The notes beneath the pieces are model-generated. The model was given only the letters and a program-made list of their open reading frames with translations, was not told the origin of the DNA and did not search any database. 64,000 nucleotides of DNA. It comes from Lepidodermella squamata (Eukaryota > Animalia > Gastrotricha). Below, in pieces: positions 12,770-26,600 of this stretch. Position numbers and translations under genes: made by a program. Each line of letters starts with the position of its first letter. Position 1 is the first letter of the stretch. Location: assembly GCA_047495785.1 (NCBI GenBank), contig JBLDXI010000012.1, forward strand, positions 682,001 to 746,000, given 5' to 3'.

Positions 12770-13657
12770 TCAATTTTCGGCAACCTCAAAAATTCCACAC
12801 ATCATATTGGCAGGGTGTGCTCGGTCGAGCTGCTTTGGGTAGGGTAAATTCAAATTGTCCATAATTTTGATGAATTCGCCCTTGGTTTTCGTAAGACGAG
12901 GGTTCAGTCGTTTCTCCTCGCAGACCGTAGTCACAGTTCTCCCCTTGTAGTCATGCGCCGGATACAACAGTGTTTCGTCTGGTAAGCTAAAAATGTGTTG
13001 CCAAACCGAGTCAAACAGCGTTGATGGGTTGCCATCCTATAAACTCAGATCTAATACATCTGAATAGCCTAAATAATTTGAAATTCACTTGAAAGTCCGT
13101 TCTACCACAGCCTCGAATTAGCAGGGCATCACCGGTGAATGCCATTTTGTGACTAGGCAGGTGAAATGTAACACATCCATTCGTATGGCCAGGTGTTTCC
13201 CTGACATCCAACTCCTGCAAATTTGCAATGAGTTAAACTAATTTCAAAGCTATTTTCATTCAATTTTTACAAATTTTCCGAATGAAATCTTGTCAGCGTG
13301 ATTGACGAGAATGTCAGCTTTCGCTGTCGAATTTTTGCCAATTACACTCTTGCAGCCATGGCTCGCGTATCTAGCCTTCAGTTTGCCTGTTCCGGTAACG
13401 TGGTCAGCATGACAGTGAGTGTTGATTGCATATCGAAGCTTCAGCCCAAGAGAGTCAATTTGCTCGGCATCTCGCTCTTCCGTCTCAAGAACCGGATCGA
13501 TTAAAATCGCCTCACGTGTCTCAGTGCAAGCCAACAAATAGGTGTAAGTGCTAGATTCACGCTCGAAAAGCTGCCGAAAAATCAATCCACCAGCATTATT
13601 TGCTACCATATTAGACAGCGCGCGACGAGGAACAGCGAGTAAATTCAACAGATTCAT
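12770..13657 (-). CDS. ETHE1: Persulfide dioxygenase ETHE1 paralogue a, with putative mitochondrial presequence (exons 13657-13271, 13214-13089, 13036-12770)
   Basis: Leader [16 protein letters not shown]; [51 protein letters not shown]. Confidence 0.93.
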
Positions 13658-14383
13658 ACAAAAATAAACTATACCTATCGACCAATTTACAAAAATTATT
13701 GGACATTTGAAAGTGAACTAAATTCGGTCAAAAAAACTTCAATGTGGTTTATATAAGTAGTACGAGAAAAAACGCTGCAGTATGGCAACACTCTTTTTAC
13801 TGTTGAAACGCTTTTCATAAGTAATCATGTAGTAGTAATAGTAGTAGTAGTAGCATAGTAGCGTGGTAGAAGAGGGCGCAGACTGTTCACGTTGATAGAG
13901 AAATAAATGTTTGTGCGGCGATTTTGCGGAGAAAATTATACATTTAGTCGCCATATCAAAGGACAAAAAGGCACAATAAATTGAAACAATTAATACTCGA
14001 TCTGTCTACCGTTATGCTACTGTTTCTGACAAATAAATTATCGTCATTTCACATATTTTGCTACATTTATTTAAGGTTGCTGAAAGTGGCAGATGGCTAG
14101 GTCAAGAGTGACAAGATCGTTCCAGCGGGATTTGTCGCGTATTCGTTTTCATACAACTTAACAGACCGGGTTGCAAATCCTTGCGCCTCAAAAATCATCA
14201 AGGTAAATGGGATGAAACAAAAATAGTTCAATTATTGACAGTGTGTAATCATGTAATTGAAACTCAAATTATTTTAGCATTTTCGTCATCGTCAATCATA
14301 AAACGACGTGGCAATTACAGGAAGACCTGTCAAGCGTTTGTTCAGTCTCTGTTAGCAGTCACTTTTGCATGGGTTGTTAGCAA

Positions 14384-15552
14384 TTAGCTTTGCCATTTAT
14401 ATTCAGGATGGTGTTCCAACATCGAAATCATGTCTTTCGGTTCCTTTTCCCGCTTGCAAATCTTGTGCACGGCTGTGAAGAGGGGGAACTCGTCAGTCAT
14501 CTTCCTGCCGTCTAAAATGACGAAAACTTCCTCCGCAGTGCCGGGGCCTGAAAATCGAAGGATTATATCACAAGAGAACAAAAAAACTTGCTACATACCT
14601 TGCAGCAGTTGTCCACCTAACATCTCTTTCTCGAGCTCCTCGAGGGTTTTCCCAGTTTCCGCAAAAGCGGCGGCCACCTTCCGGTTTCGACCACCGTAGC
14701 AAGTAGTCACGAGGTCGGCAACGCCGCAGCTCTGCAGGAAAGTTCGCATGTTGGTACCAGGATAGAAAAGTTCAACAAAACGGATCATTTCCATTAAACC
14801 CAGACGAATGATGGCGGCTTTTGTATTGTTACCGAACTTGAGGCCATCGCTGTTTCGAAATACGAAAATTAAATTAATTTTCATGAATATCGACAGTCAA
14901 CTCACCAAAAACCAGCTCCGCAGGCGACAATGTTTTTCAGGGCACCGCAAAGTTCAACACCGGCTACATCAGGCACGACCGTGATGCGGAAATAGTCGAT
15001 ATCGAACAATTTCTTGAACAGCTGGCCGTGCGAGAAATATTTCGAACCGACTGTCGCCTCGCAGAAGCTCTCCTGGGCAACTTCGTTCGCGATATTTGCA
15101 CCCATAAGAACAGACATCGGGATTCCGAGTGACTCAGTGATCATTTCAGAAATGAGTTCCAGTCGATCAGGTCTGGCGATGACACCCTTGATAAGACTGA
15201 TACCGAGCGCGCTCAGAGGGATTTTGCCCTTCAGAGTCGCGCAGGTCCTAGCAACGAACTGATGAGGGATAACGAAAACGAGGATAGTCGCGTCCTTCAC
15301 TGCATCGACGAGCTCGGGAACAGCATAAACGTTGGTAGGCAGTTTGATATCGGGGAGGTATTTGACATTCTCGTGTTCAGTATTGATAATCTCAGTCAGC
15401 TTTCTACCATTCACCATTTCTTCGAAAACCCACATATTTACGCGTTCATCGAATAAATCTGAATGGCGCCTGGTGTTCGCTCCAACAATTCGGCAGATGG
15501 CAGAACCCCAATTGCCAGAACCAATGATGCAAACTTTGTGACGAGTAGTCAT
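14384..15552 (-). CDS. GPD1: Glycerol-3-phosphate dehydrogenase [NAD+], cytosolic (exons 15552-14906, 14849-14599, 14547-14384)
   Basis: [44 protein letters not shown]^[38 protein letters not shown]1 versus GPD1L cannot be resolved. Confidence 0.95.
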
Positions 15553-15893
15553 TGTTCTTTAACAAAAATAAACAACTAAGGTTGGAAAAAAACGCATTTG
15601 AAGTAAATTTTAGTGTGCTAAGAACGTAAAAGAGATACAACGCCAGGCTGCATATATACGAGCATATGAATTTCTCACGTTTTTTCTCGGTTTCAAACCA
15701 GAATGTCACACAGAGCGCAACGAAGAACAGATTTTTTGTGTGATGGCTAAATATACCGTTCGAACATAACACAGTAATTATAAATGAGCAGCTCGGTTAT
15801 GTAGCAATTTGCAAATGACTCGATTAATATGGCTGGTTAGTTTTCTTAAAACATTTTTCGATCACAGATGCGTCACAGTCATTGTGGACATCC

Positions 15894-17400
<1,507 letters not shown>

Positions 17401-19106
17401 CTAGATTAGCAATGCTCTAAAAATTAATTAAAAATGATCATGAATAATTATTACTATCATTGCTTAATTCAAACAAAATTCAACATGGCGGAAGGTAGCG
17501 GTGTTGGTGCAATCACTGCTTAATGTAAGCTCAATTCTAGCCGTCAACCGCTCTCAAATGTTACCCACTCAACGTCAACACCAAAAATCTTTGAACAAAC
17601 GTTCCGCAATAAGAGTGCGGGCACCATTGGTCAAATTAGCCCGGTAAACCGCAGTGACCCGGACTACTGCGACGGCAGCGCGAAAACTACGAAGATCACC
17701 TCCAATGCGCTGCTAGTTGAGGAAAGTCTGATATTCCTCAAAAAATTAGGACGTCAATTTCAGAAACCCATTTTAAACTAATGTCCAAGGATTGGCAGAT
17801 TGCCTTTGATTACGGCTCTTTACATGCCCGATGATTGCAGATTGCATTTGCTTCCTGAGGTTCCCTAACGCAAAAAGGAGATTCCTTAGGTATGAGGGCA
17901 GGGATGGAGGTGGAGACTTGCGACTTACGACGTAGTCGGGAGACACATCTGCGAAATAATTTTGCCAAATCATACTAATATTGTCAAATTACACAGGATT
18001 AATCATCAATTTCAAATATTGATATATCTCAGAGTAAAGCCCCGTTCTCATTTTGTGTGCTGCTCTACAAAATACAAATGATGATATTAGGATATTCAGG
18101 ATAAATTAAGGATTTGAAGACCTTTGACTTGACCTGGCCTCGCAGCTTCGCGAGGCACACTTCAGAGCGGATATGCATAATTTTCACGTGGGCAATATGC
18201 ATTTTGATCGATAGTACAAAGGTCGAAGAAAGTCGTGAGAAGATCGCGCGTTTCGAATAGGCCTGAGACGTTTTTGCTGGGACTCCGCTGAACTCTCAAC
18301 CACAAAAGCGTCCCTGGAAACTTCCATTCGGTTTTGAGCAATATTTTTGTTAATTACTCTGAAAATTATATTTATTCTATTCCATTGAGTTGACATATTT
18401 TAAATTTTTCGAATGCATTTTTTGGCGCGCTTTTTGTAGACCTGAAGGGTTCGGCAAGTTCCGAGTCAAACCCCCCGGTCGAAAGTCGTAAGGCCCATGA
18501 GATGCGGAACCCATCTGACATCGCTTCCGCTTCTGGCCTATGTAGAGCGGCAGTAATGGTGTGTGGTGCATAGCTGTGCCGGGTTGCTTGTGTTTAGCTA
18601 CATAGGAACAGTGACCACAGGCCACGCGACGCCTCCGCAGTTTTTTCTGGGTGGCGACTTGTCAAACACTCTGCTGTTTTGTCCACTTCAACATCAAATA
18701 GCACATCCAAGCTTAGAACCTTCTACGGCTAGCTCCATTTGCTAAGTTTGTAGCTAATGAGCTAATGCTACCCTAAGTAAAGAATGAGCGACACTTAGCA
18801 GCCTCCATGTGCCTCCTACCTCCTACGCCACTAAATTGCTGAAAGTAAAGTTAATACGCTCAATAGAACCTTTTTATTGAACCTCTACGGCAGGCAAATT
18901 TTTCGCTGCGGAATCAAGTTTTCACAATTTGGGAGGAAATGATACATCCTGACTTGAATTCGCTTAATCTTGCGTCAGGCGAACATGTAATGAATTGGAT
19001 GGAAACTGTTTACCATAATCTGCCCAAAAACATGAGAGCAATGTTGCTTTTTTTTATTTGATTTAATCGTTAGTCTCTGGTCTCTAGATTCTTACCATAA
19101 ACTTGC

Positions 19107-19673
19107 ATGGAGTCGAGCAGTGTGGACGAGGCTTTTGACCCGAGTGAAAGAGAAGTACGGTTTTCGACCCTGATTGATCATGTTATTGGCGAAAAGCGGT
19201 ATCTGATCCCAATTGATCGACCGATTAAAAATCCCTCGCTGTTTTATATGCCTCTAACTGCAATGGACCCAACCATTAAAACCTTCATCCGAATTCAAGA
19301 AAGCTGCATTGGAAAGTCTGTTGTGAGTTGCGTCATGGGTGCTGTTGTAGGCCTCGGCTTTGGCTTATTCACAGCTAGTGTGGATCCGAACATCACTGGT
19401 ATGGAAACACCAACTTTCCGAAATACTGCTCGTGAAATGTATCGGCGAATGATTTCAATGTCAAAAAACTTCGCCTTCATTGGGTTTATATTTTCTGGAA
19501 CTGAATGCGCGGTTGATACGTATCGCGGACGCAGTGAATTGATGAATGGAACTCTTGCAGGTGGTATCACTGGTTATATGATCGGTTTCCGCGCAGGATT
19601 TGTCCCTGCTTTGTGGTCGGCAGGGGGATTTGCGTTATTTTCAACTCTAGTAGATTATTACTTCCGATACTAA
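19107..19673 (+). CDS. TIMM22: Mitochondrial inner membrane translocase subunit Tim22, single exon
   Basis: ESCIGKSVVSCVMG..GLFTASVDPN..SKNFAFIGFIFSGTEC..YRGRSE..NGTLAGGITG..GFRAG..GFALFSTLVDYY. Confidence 0.92.
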   Translation: MESSSVDEAFDPSEREVRFSTLIDHVIGEKRYLIPIDRPIKNPSLFYMPLTAMDPTIKTFIRIQESCIGKSVVSCVMGAVVGLGFGLFTASVDPNITGMETPTFRNTAREMYRRMISMSKNFAFIGFIFSGTECAVDTYRGRSELMNGTLAGGITGYMIGFRAGFVPALWSAGGFALFSTLVDYYFRY

Positions 19674-19762
19674 TTGTTGGCGCTTGAAGTATTTGTACTT
19701 TCAAAAGAGATATAATGCCATATTTATTTTTATTTGCTTAGTAGTGATTAAAATCTTGAAAT

Positions 19763-20172
19763 ATGGTCGTTCAACAACAAACTCTCGCAGCCCGCGTGAA
19801 TGCTGCTATGCTTGGTGGTAATCAGGGCAATCTCGTTTGCATCATGGGTACCGTTACAGAAGCGTCAAACAACCCGAAGCCCTCTCTGAAACTACGCAGT
19901 ACCGATGGCCAAGTAAGGAATTCAATATATACTCGGCATTCTATAGTTATTTCTTTTAGACGGTGCCGGTTTTTCTGCTGCAAGGTATTCCGTCCTCCAG
20001 TGATGTTGTCAACAAGACTGTATCCATCATTGGCCGTGTCATGGCCAACAACAGCATTCAAGCTACAAATCTGTTCGTTTTCCCCGATCAAACTACGCCG
20101 TTTGATGAGGCGTCCCACAACAAGGCGCTGGAGCTCATCAACACCTTCACGACCGATTATATCGGCGCTTAA
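19763..20172 (+). CDS. RPA3: Replication protein A 14 kDa subunit (exons 19763-19912, 19960-20172)
   Basis: ARVNAAML..GNLVCIMGTV..LRSTDGQ^TVPV..VSIIGRV..FDEASHNKALELI fits the RPA3 OB-fold pattern; 47-nt GT-AG intron; AATAAA near 20299. Confidence 0.8.
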
Positions 20173-20390
20173 TTGAAATGAAATGACTCTTTCGTGTTAC
20201 TACTGACGCTTACTGGTCTAAAATTGAAATCGTTCCCGATGATCTTTCCAACTTTTTCTCAAATCGTAATACAATTATAGCCTTGATGTTTCACTTTGAA
20301 TAAACATTCATGTTGGTACTTTATTACGTGTTGTATGCGCTCAAATTCGGAAAGAGAAATGCGGTATCTGTTGCCTAAAACTTGAAAGAC

Positions 20391-20640
20391 AATTGAGATA
20401 CTCGACCAGAAAACAGCCCAAATATTATTTTATTTATATTTTATTTATAATACCCGAAATTTAATTTGCTGGCTACTTTGATACTGTTAGCGCCAATAAG
20501 TTCAGAAAATACCCTCGATTATTTTATGAGATATTATCAAAAACCTATATTCGAAAAATCAATACTTTGTTTGCTTCCTGGTGGAAGTTCTCAAATAACA
20601 ATAAATATATGGGCTGTTTTCTAGCGGAGAGTCTCAAATT
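20391..20640. mobile_element. MITE-like element with imperfect terminal inverted repeats
   Basis: Left arm aattgagatactcgaccAGAAAACAGCCCAaatat versus right arm atataTGGGCTGTTTTCTagcggagagtctcaaatt (13-bp perfect core, extendable with mismatches); AT-rich non-coding interior. Confidence 0.5.
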
Positions 20641-23600
20641 GGCACATGATGAGAAAAACAGATTGAGGTAGACAAAGATATAGATGTTGCGAGTATCGCT
20701 TGAATGACAGCAATTATGTAAGCGCGAGGGTTTGCTTACAGAAAGGTGCCGCGTTTTTGCTTCATGCGATTAATTTACCGGTTCCCATCAACCGCCGTGG
20801 TGATCTTATAATCGGGTTAATACCGCTGCGGCTCCGCCGTGGTGTCTTTCAGGTGGATCCCAAGTGTACGTAAAGGCCAAAGATTATGACGATTATGGCT
20901 CTTGAATGAGTAATAACGACGATTGCAATGATTGTCGTAAAGTCTTGTACTTAAGGACCACTACCGCCGTGTGTTTTGCGATGAAGCAGCGGTCAGAAGG
21001 TCGGGTCTTGAGTGTTGCCGTAACCCCGTACGGTTTTTGTCCATTGGCTACGTGGCGGCGGCTTCACACTTGCGCAACCGCCAGGGCAATATAAAAACAC
21101 GGTCAGGCTGCGCGCAGCAATAACAGTGCAAATCTGTGTCGCGAGATGCGATGAGTCAGCGACATGCATGTTTCCGGCTTTGATCACCGCTCTGCTGTAT
21201 ACTTTTCTATTAATAGGTGCAATAATATATGCATAAGTATAACACCGACGGACGTGCATGCATAACCGTATACTCGGCATTATGCCGCTTTATTAGGGCC
21301 CCCATACAACAAGATGTTTATCTGCGGGGTGATGAGCACCCTGAAGCTCGAGCAAATAACAAATCTCGATTCGATGACCGACGGCAAAGTTGCACTTCCT
21401 CAAACACGCAGTTATAAAACAGGCGCCTATCTTGCTCAGAGCCAGCCGTTTCTCTGTCAATTAGCACATTATAGGAGTAAATCCTCTCGCCCCAGAATGC
21501 ACGACCTCGCGTTGCAATGGAATTTCTTTGTGCACGTGCCATATATCCGGTTTTAATGTTGTTTTTATCGTTCTTGGGCGCTGCAAACTGATAATTATGG
21601 TATTCATTTTGAAACCCCAACTATAGCCGCAGTTAGCTGTGATGTATGAGCTGATCCGTGGAAAATTTATACGCCGATTCCAGCTCGCATGAAATAATTA
21701 AAAGGCATCGGGCGGCGTAGGTGCGCGCTTATTATTTAGTATTTTCTATTGCTATTAAAATTCATTCAGGTTTTAATTGTCAGACATTTGATACGAGCAG
21801 TGCAGCTGTTCGCGAGCCGCGATGATGTGTTTATGTCTGCGGTCAAATCTTTGCCGACACAGGCGCTAATGCCGTTTAGTTTGGGCCTCGGCACGTCTTT
21901 GGCGACGCAAAGGCGTTTGACTTATACTGTCACGTTGCCAAAATATTGATATTGCTACACGTCGCCATCCGGTGACGTATTTCTGTTTTCATTAGCGTAA
22001 TTTTCGGCTCAGTCTTTTATCGCCGATAACCCTATTATTTAAATGCACCGCCGACAGGTCAACCGTCTCCTCTTAGCTGTCGGATTTTTACTGCTTTGTT
22101 GTTGTTTGCTCACTTTTTGTGCAGCCGTATACCGATTTTCGGATTTTTTACACCACTCATCCCATTTTCATAAACATCCATTAAGGTTTGACATGGCTAT
22201 ATTAGTATTTAACACGTGAGGGCAGTTGTTGATTTATTGACGACTAGGGGCTACCCTAAGACCCGCTTTGGTGCTTGCTTATAGCACCAAAATGCGCAAT
22301 AAACACCATATTATCTACGTGCCACCATAAATTGCATATAATGGCATCCGAGAGTGAGTAAAAAAGGCTCGGCGCCGCTAATACGTCTGCATCGGCGCTA
22401 CTGCCGCGCAGTTTTTTCAGCTCATTTTGAAGCTGCTACATTTTTCTTCGCAACTTGTGCGACGTGTGCGCGCGCGCCAGAAAAAGCTGGTTATTTTTAC
22501 CGCGCGCTCATTTTTGTCAAAGCAGTTTTCGCGCAGCACACAGTATTGACGTATTTATTTACCGCGTTGTTTATCGCCGTAAAACGAGCGCAACCGAGCC
22601 CACGCCTCGGTCACGTATACCTCAGCCCGCTTCACGATATTAAGGTAGTGCGCTTTGTCGCGTTTTTTCTTACCATTCTCGGGACAAAAAGATGATGCGC
22701 CAAAGTGTTCTCGCATTACTATTATATGTGCAGTCTATCCGAAAAGCCATAAACAACGCGTGTTCGTGCATGTTTACCGTGACCGTCCATTTCTCGTATA
22801 CAACATCACATCTTGCCTTTTATAGTAGAGTTATTAATAACTGGATGCACTTCAACCAATTTTTATCGAAGCTACCGATGAGATGACCGCGTGTTTATCA
22901 CCGAAAAAATTCAACCTGTATGTGTGACTCGCACGCGATACCAGTAAACATGCACCGTGATAAATTATTATAGCTTTCTACGCGTATCATCTCGCCATCA
23001 TCATCCTTTTTACCTGTAATTAGACAATATCGGTGTTGTTTTGCAACCATCTATACCTGTCAGCTTGAATAGATACGCACATCATGATTATTCTCAGCTT
23101 TCTAGCGTTGTGGCTCGAAAACCGTTAATGTATCGTGGCCTTTGATCGTTCATTTCGAAAATTCACGCCAATTATCGCGCCTGTCAAGCGTGATGTTCGG
23201 GTTTTGACTCTCGGCCGAGGCCGCTTGAATAACCGCACTCGCACCTCGATTGCGTGCGGAAATTTTATTATCCACATGACGAGGCATTAGGTCATCGCAC
23301 CTGCCATAGTCAATGCCTGACCACATCTGCCCACGTCGGCCCTGTCAGTTTTTGATGATCGGCGCTGTGGCCAAAAGCCGCGAACACACGCGAGCGCAAT
23401 ACTTCTGGCACACGTTAGCACTTCAGCTCGCCGCCTAATATGCTACTGCGGTTTATCAAATCGATGAATTTCGCTACTATTTTCTGCTCCTTGTTCGCCT
23501 AGATTGTTTATTTAAATTTATTTATTGTTATTAATGCATCTACTTTAATATCATTAAAATCCGTTATCGGCGAAACCTAATCGCGGCGCAAAAATATTTT

Positions 23601-26600
23601 CGATGTTTATTATCGTACTGAGCAAACACTGCGCCTTTGTTTTGGCGTCTCTTCGACGTGGCCAGACACTCACGGCGCGAATGAGATGAGACGCGTCCGA
23701 CGAATCTTCCGGGCGCTGCGGTTGCCGACAAACTGAATTACTTGATCGCGGCGGGCGACGTCAAGCTGCCCGCGGCTAATCGCGCCTACGCTAACTCGAT
23801 AGATAGGCGAGACAGGAGAATAAGTAGTCGCTGCTGATGCCTACCACCAGTAGGCTCTTGATATTGAGGCCACACGTGAAAATTCAAGTTACGGACACGC
23901 GACGGCCTTAAGATTTTGCTTCATAGCGTCAGAGTGAATAGTAATTAGTTTGTCGCTCACGCGCGTAATTGCCCGCCATATAGATTTTGGAGATTTATTC
24001 GATGGATTGCGTACGCGCCGATGCTTTTATGGTCTTGCGCTCGAGAAGGAGAGCGGCGTGACCCGTAAGCTCGGGGTCACTTCCCCCACCCGCGACGACG
24101 ATGGCAAAGCTGTACTATATACAGTTCGCTGTCGAAATCTGCTGCGGCTGCTGCTACTGGCTTCCCGTTTCACAGCCACTCAGTCACTCGACTGTTCACG
24201 ACTGCAATTAAATGAATGATACAGCTATTGTTGTTTTCGCTACTCTCTGACGATTACTACTTGCATGTGACGTTCATGCAAATGAGACGAGTGGCTATAT
24301 AGTGGCACCAGTTCAACAGCAGGCCTTCGCCTTCGCCTCGCCGACCGATTATATTCTTGATTCTGTACGACTTGTTTATTGTTATTATTATTCTTCTCAT
24401 TCCTGTTGCGCTTTCCTCCAACCTTCCCAAAAGCCCCTGGCAATTTGCAGACGAACATTCTTTATTGGATTTTCCGTTCTTGTTTCATCGTTTGAATCTT
24501 GTTTGCTAGACTACCAAGAGCTAAAAATAATGACAATAGTAGTGTAGTTTATTAATTTACGTTTTTGCCCTTTTCTCCTCATATCTCGAGACGCGTGTTT
24601 TATTGACGAACGATGAAGTTTTTTTTCTATATTTTATAATCAATTTGTAAAATATTTTCTTCGCCCGGCGTTAAATTGGCCGGCCCGCCGCAAGTAGTTG
24701 GCCGCAAAAAAGCCGCATCGTTTTTAGCGGGATGCGTTTTATCAAATTTAGAGCCCACTCTTTATTATTTTAAAAATTGCCGCATTATTATTTGTGTGTA
24801 CAGTTCCCTTCGATTTATCATCGTCAGTGATGAAGAAAACGGCGGCTAACTACTCTGAGCCGCTCTGGAGCGTCTTGGGCCCGAACGGCAGTGGCTGGTG
24901 CTTATTTAATATAATGCAATATATTGTATTCCTTCCATCTTTTCGTACTTGCATCCGGTACACTGGAAAAACCGACAGTTTTGTTAAGCTGCCGCGTAGG
25001 AAAAAAGTGCAGAAAATGTAAATTCTGATCACATGTTCGCTAGTTCCAAGCGCAAAACAATAAAAATGCGACTTCTTAATAACTCTCCACTCCGTTTCGT
25101 ACTACCCAATAGTAATAAACCTAAATTGTAGGCGTTTTTTTCCGTTGAAGATAATACGACGATGAATGACGGATCAACTGCCGACTGAATAATTATTTAT
25201 TGGCCCGTTTTTTTCTTGTTCTGTTTTATTACCGACGTCGTAGAGGTCATATAATTTGCTCGACTCGAGATATCGATTGTCGCGCATAAATTCTACACAC
25301 CTGCGGCACGCGTCCTAGCTAAGGAATGCCCAGTCCGCACCTGGCCGGTCAACTCGAATACAAAACAACACAAAATTTAGCCCTGCCTTACCTACTCGTT
25401 CGTTGTCGTAGTAATGATTTTTCTACATCTACATTTGAAATCGTACACGCGCGCGCAGGTCTTAATAATGAAGTGCGCGCACGCCGCACACGCGCGCGTC
25501 AACCGTTTTTTGATCGATCCGTTGTTTATTTGGCGCCGCGCCGTCAACACTTGCGCCTTCTTTTTCGCAGTCAAACAACATCGTGCGGTGACCACGCCCT
25601 CTGGCAATTATTTTCGGCATTTTGTCGATATACACGACTTCAAAAAGTTGACCGATTTCGGCCGGTGCTCAGCCGCAAATCGTCAAAACACGCTATGATC
25701 GAATCGCCCTGAAAATTAGTGCTACCCGCTGTGGGGCCACGCTACCGCTATTTTTTTCAGCAAGCAATAATTTGTTGTTGTTGTTTGTCGATGATTTTTC
25801 GATTGTTTCCAGTTATTATCGGCAAATCAGAATTTGCGTGCCGCGCGGATGCTGCTGCGCTTTTCAGAAACGTGTGAAATATGAAAGCATCACGCGCTCA
25901 GCTTTTTGTTATTATTGTTGCGCTTTTGGGTCTTATCATCAGGGCAATAACGTCGCCTCTTTTCGACACACGCACATTACACCAAATTGTAACACCTACT
26001 CGGCGGTCTGCTGGTCCCGGCTCTTTTGTTTGTCCAGCTTACGGATCGCCAATACTGGGCGAGCCCAACCCTCTTGGCACCAAAATACACCCCCATCAGC
26101 CGGATAAGTGGCCTACTTCACCACCTGCTTTCGTGTCACGTCTTTGCGCGCACCGTCTGTTTTTAGGGCCTTTATTAGCTATAACTTTGCCCGCGCTCTT
26201 CCGCTACATTGCGCGCCGTTATAGCAGCTATTATTGCCGGTAATAGTGTCTTATTTTCAAGATGTTTGTTGTAATAGGTAAGTATAAGCGTTGCGTACAG
26301 GTTTGCGTTATCTGTGTTCAAACTTGGTGCGATCCAACGAGCAAAACACGTTCTGCATCTCGCAGAAAATCGCGTTGATCACACGCGGCTGTTTACTTTA
26401 GCTCATCAAGCCACGTAATAACATTATTGATGCTTTTCTTATTACAATCCCAAATAGTATCTTTTTGTGCCGTTATCTGTTGGCTATTTTTCTCCGATAG
26501 TGGCTTGAGTCATTAATACCTATTACCTGGTTAAAGCTCGTTAGAATACGTTCAAGTGGGAATGAGATAGCGAGACGGCGGAAAAATCGTATAAGTAGCG

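Noticed and set aside
785-13657. Three metallo-beta-lactamase-fold genes close together (MBLAC1 plus two ETHE1) as a single expansion or bacterial transfer
   Set aside because: MBLAC1 and ETHE1 are anciently separate eukaryotic families, and all three carry spliceosomal introns.
17500-19000. Short ORFs between RUVBL2 and TIMM22
   Set aside because: No recognisable homology or consistent splicing; treated as divergent promoter or decayed sequence.
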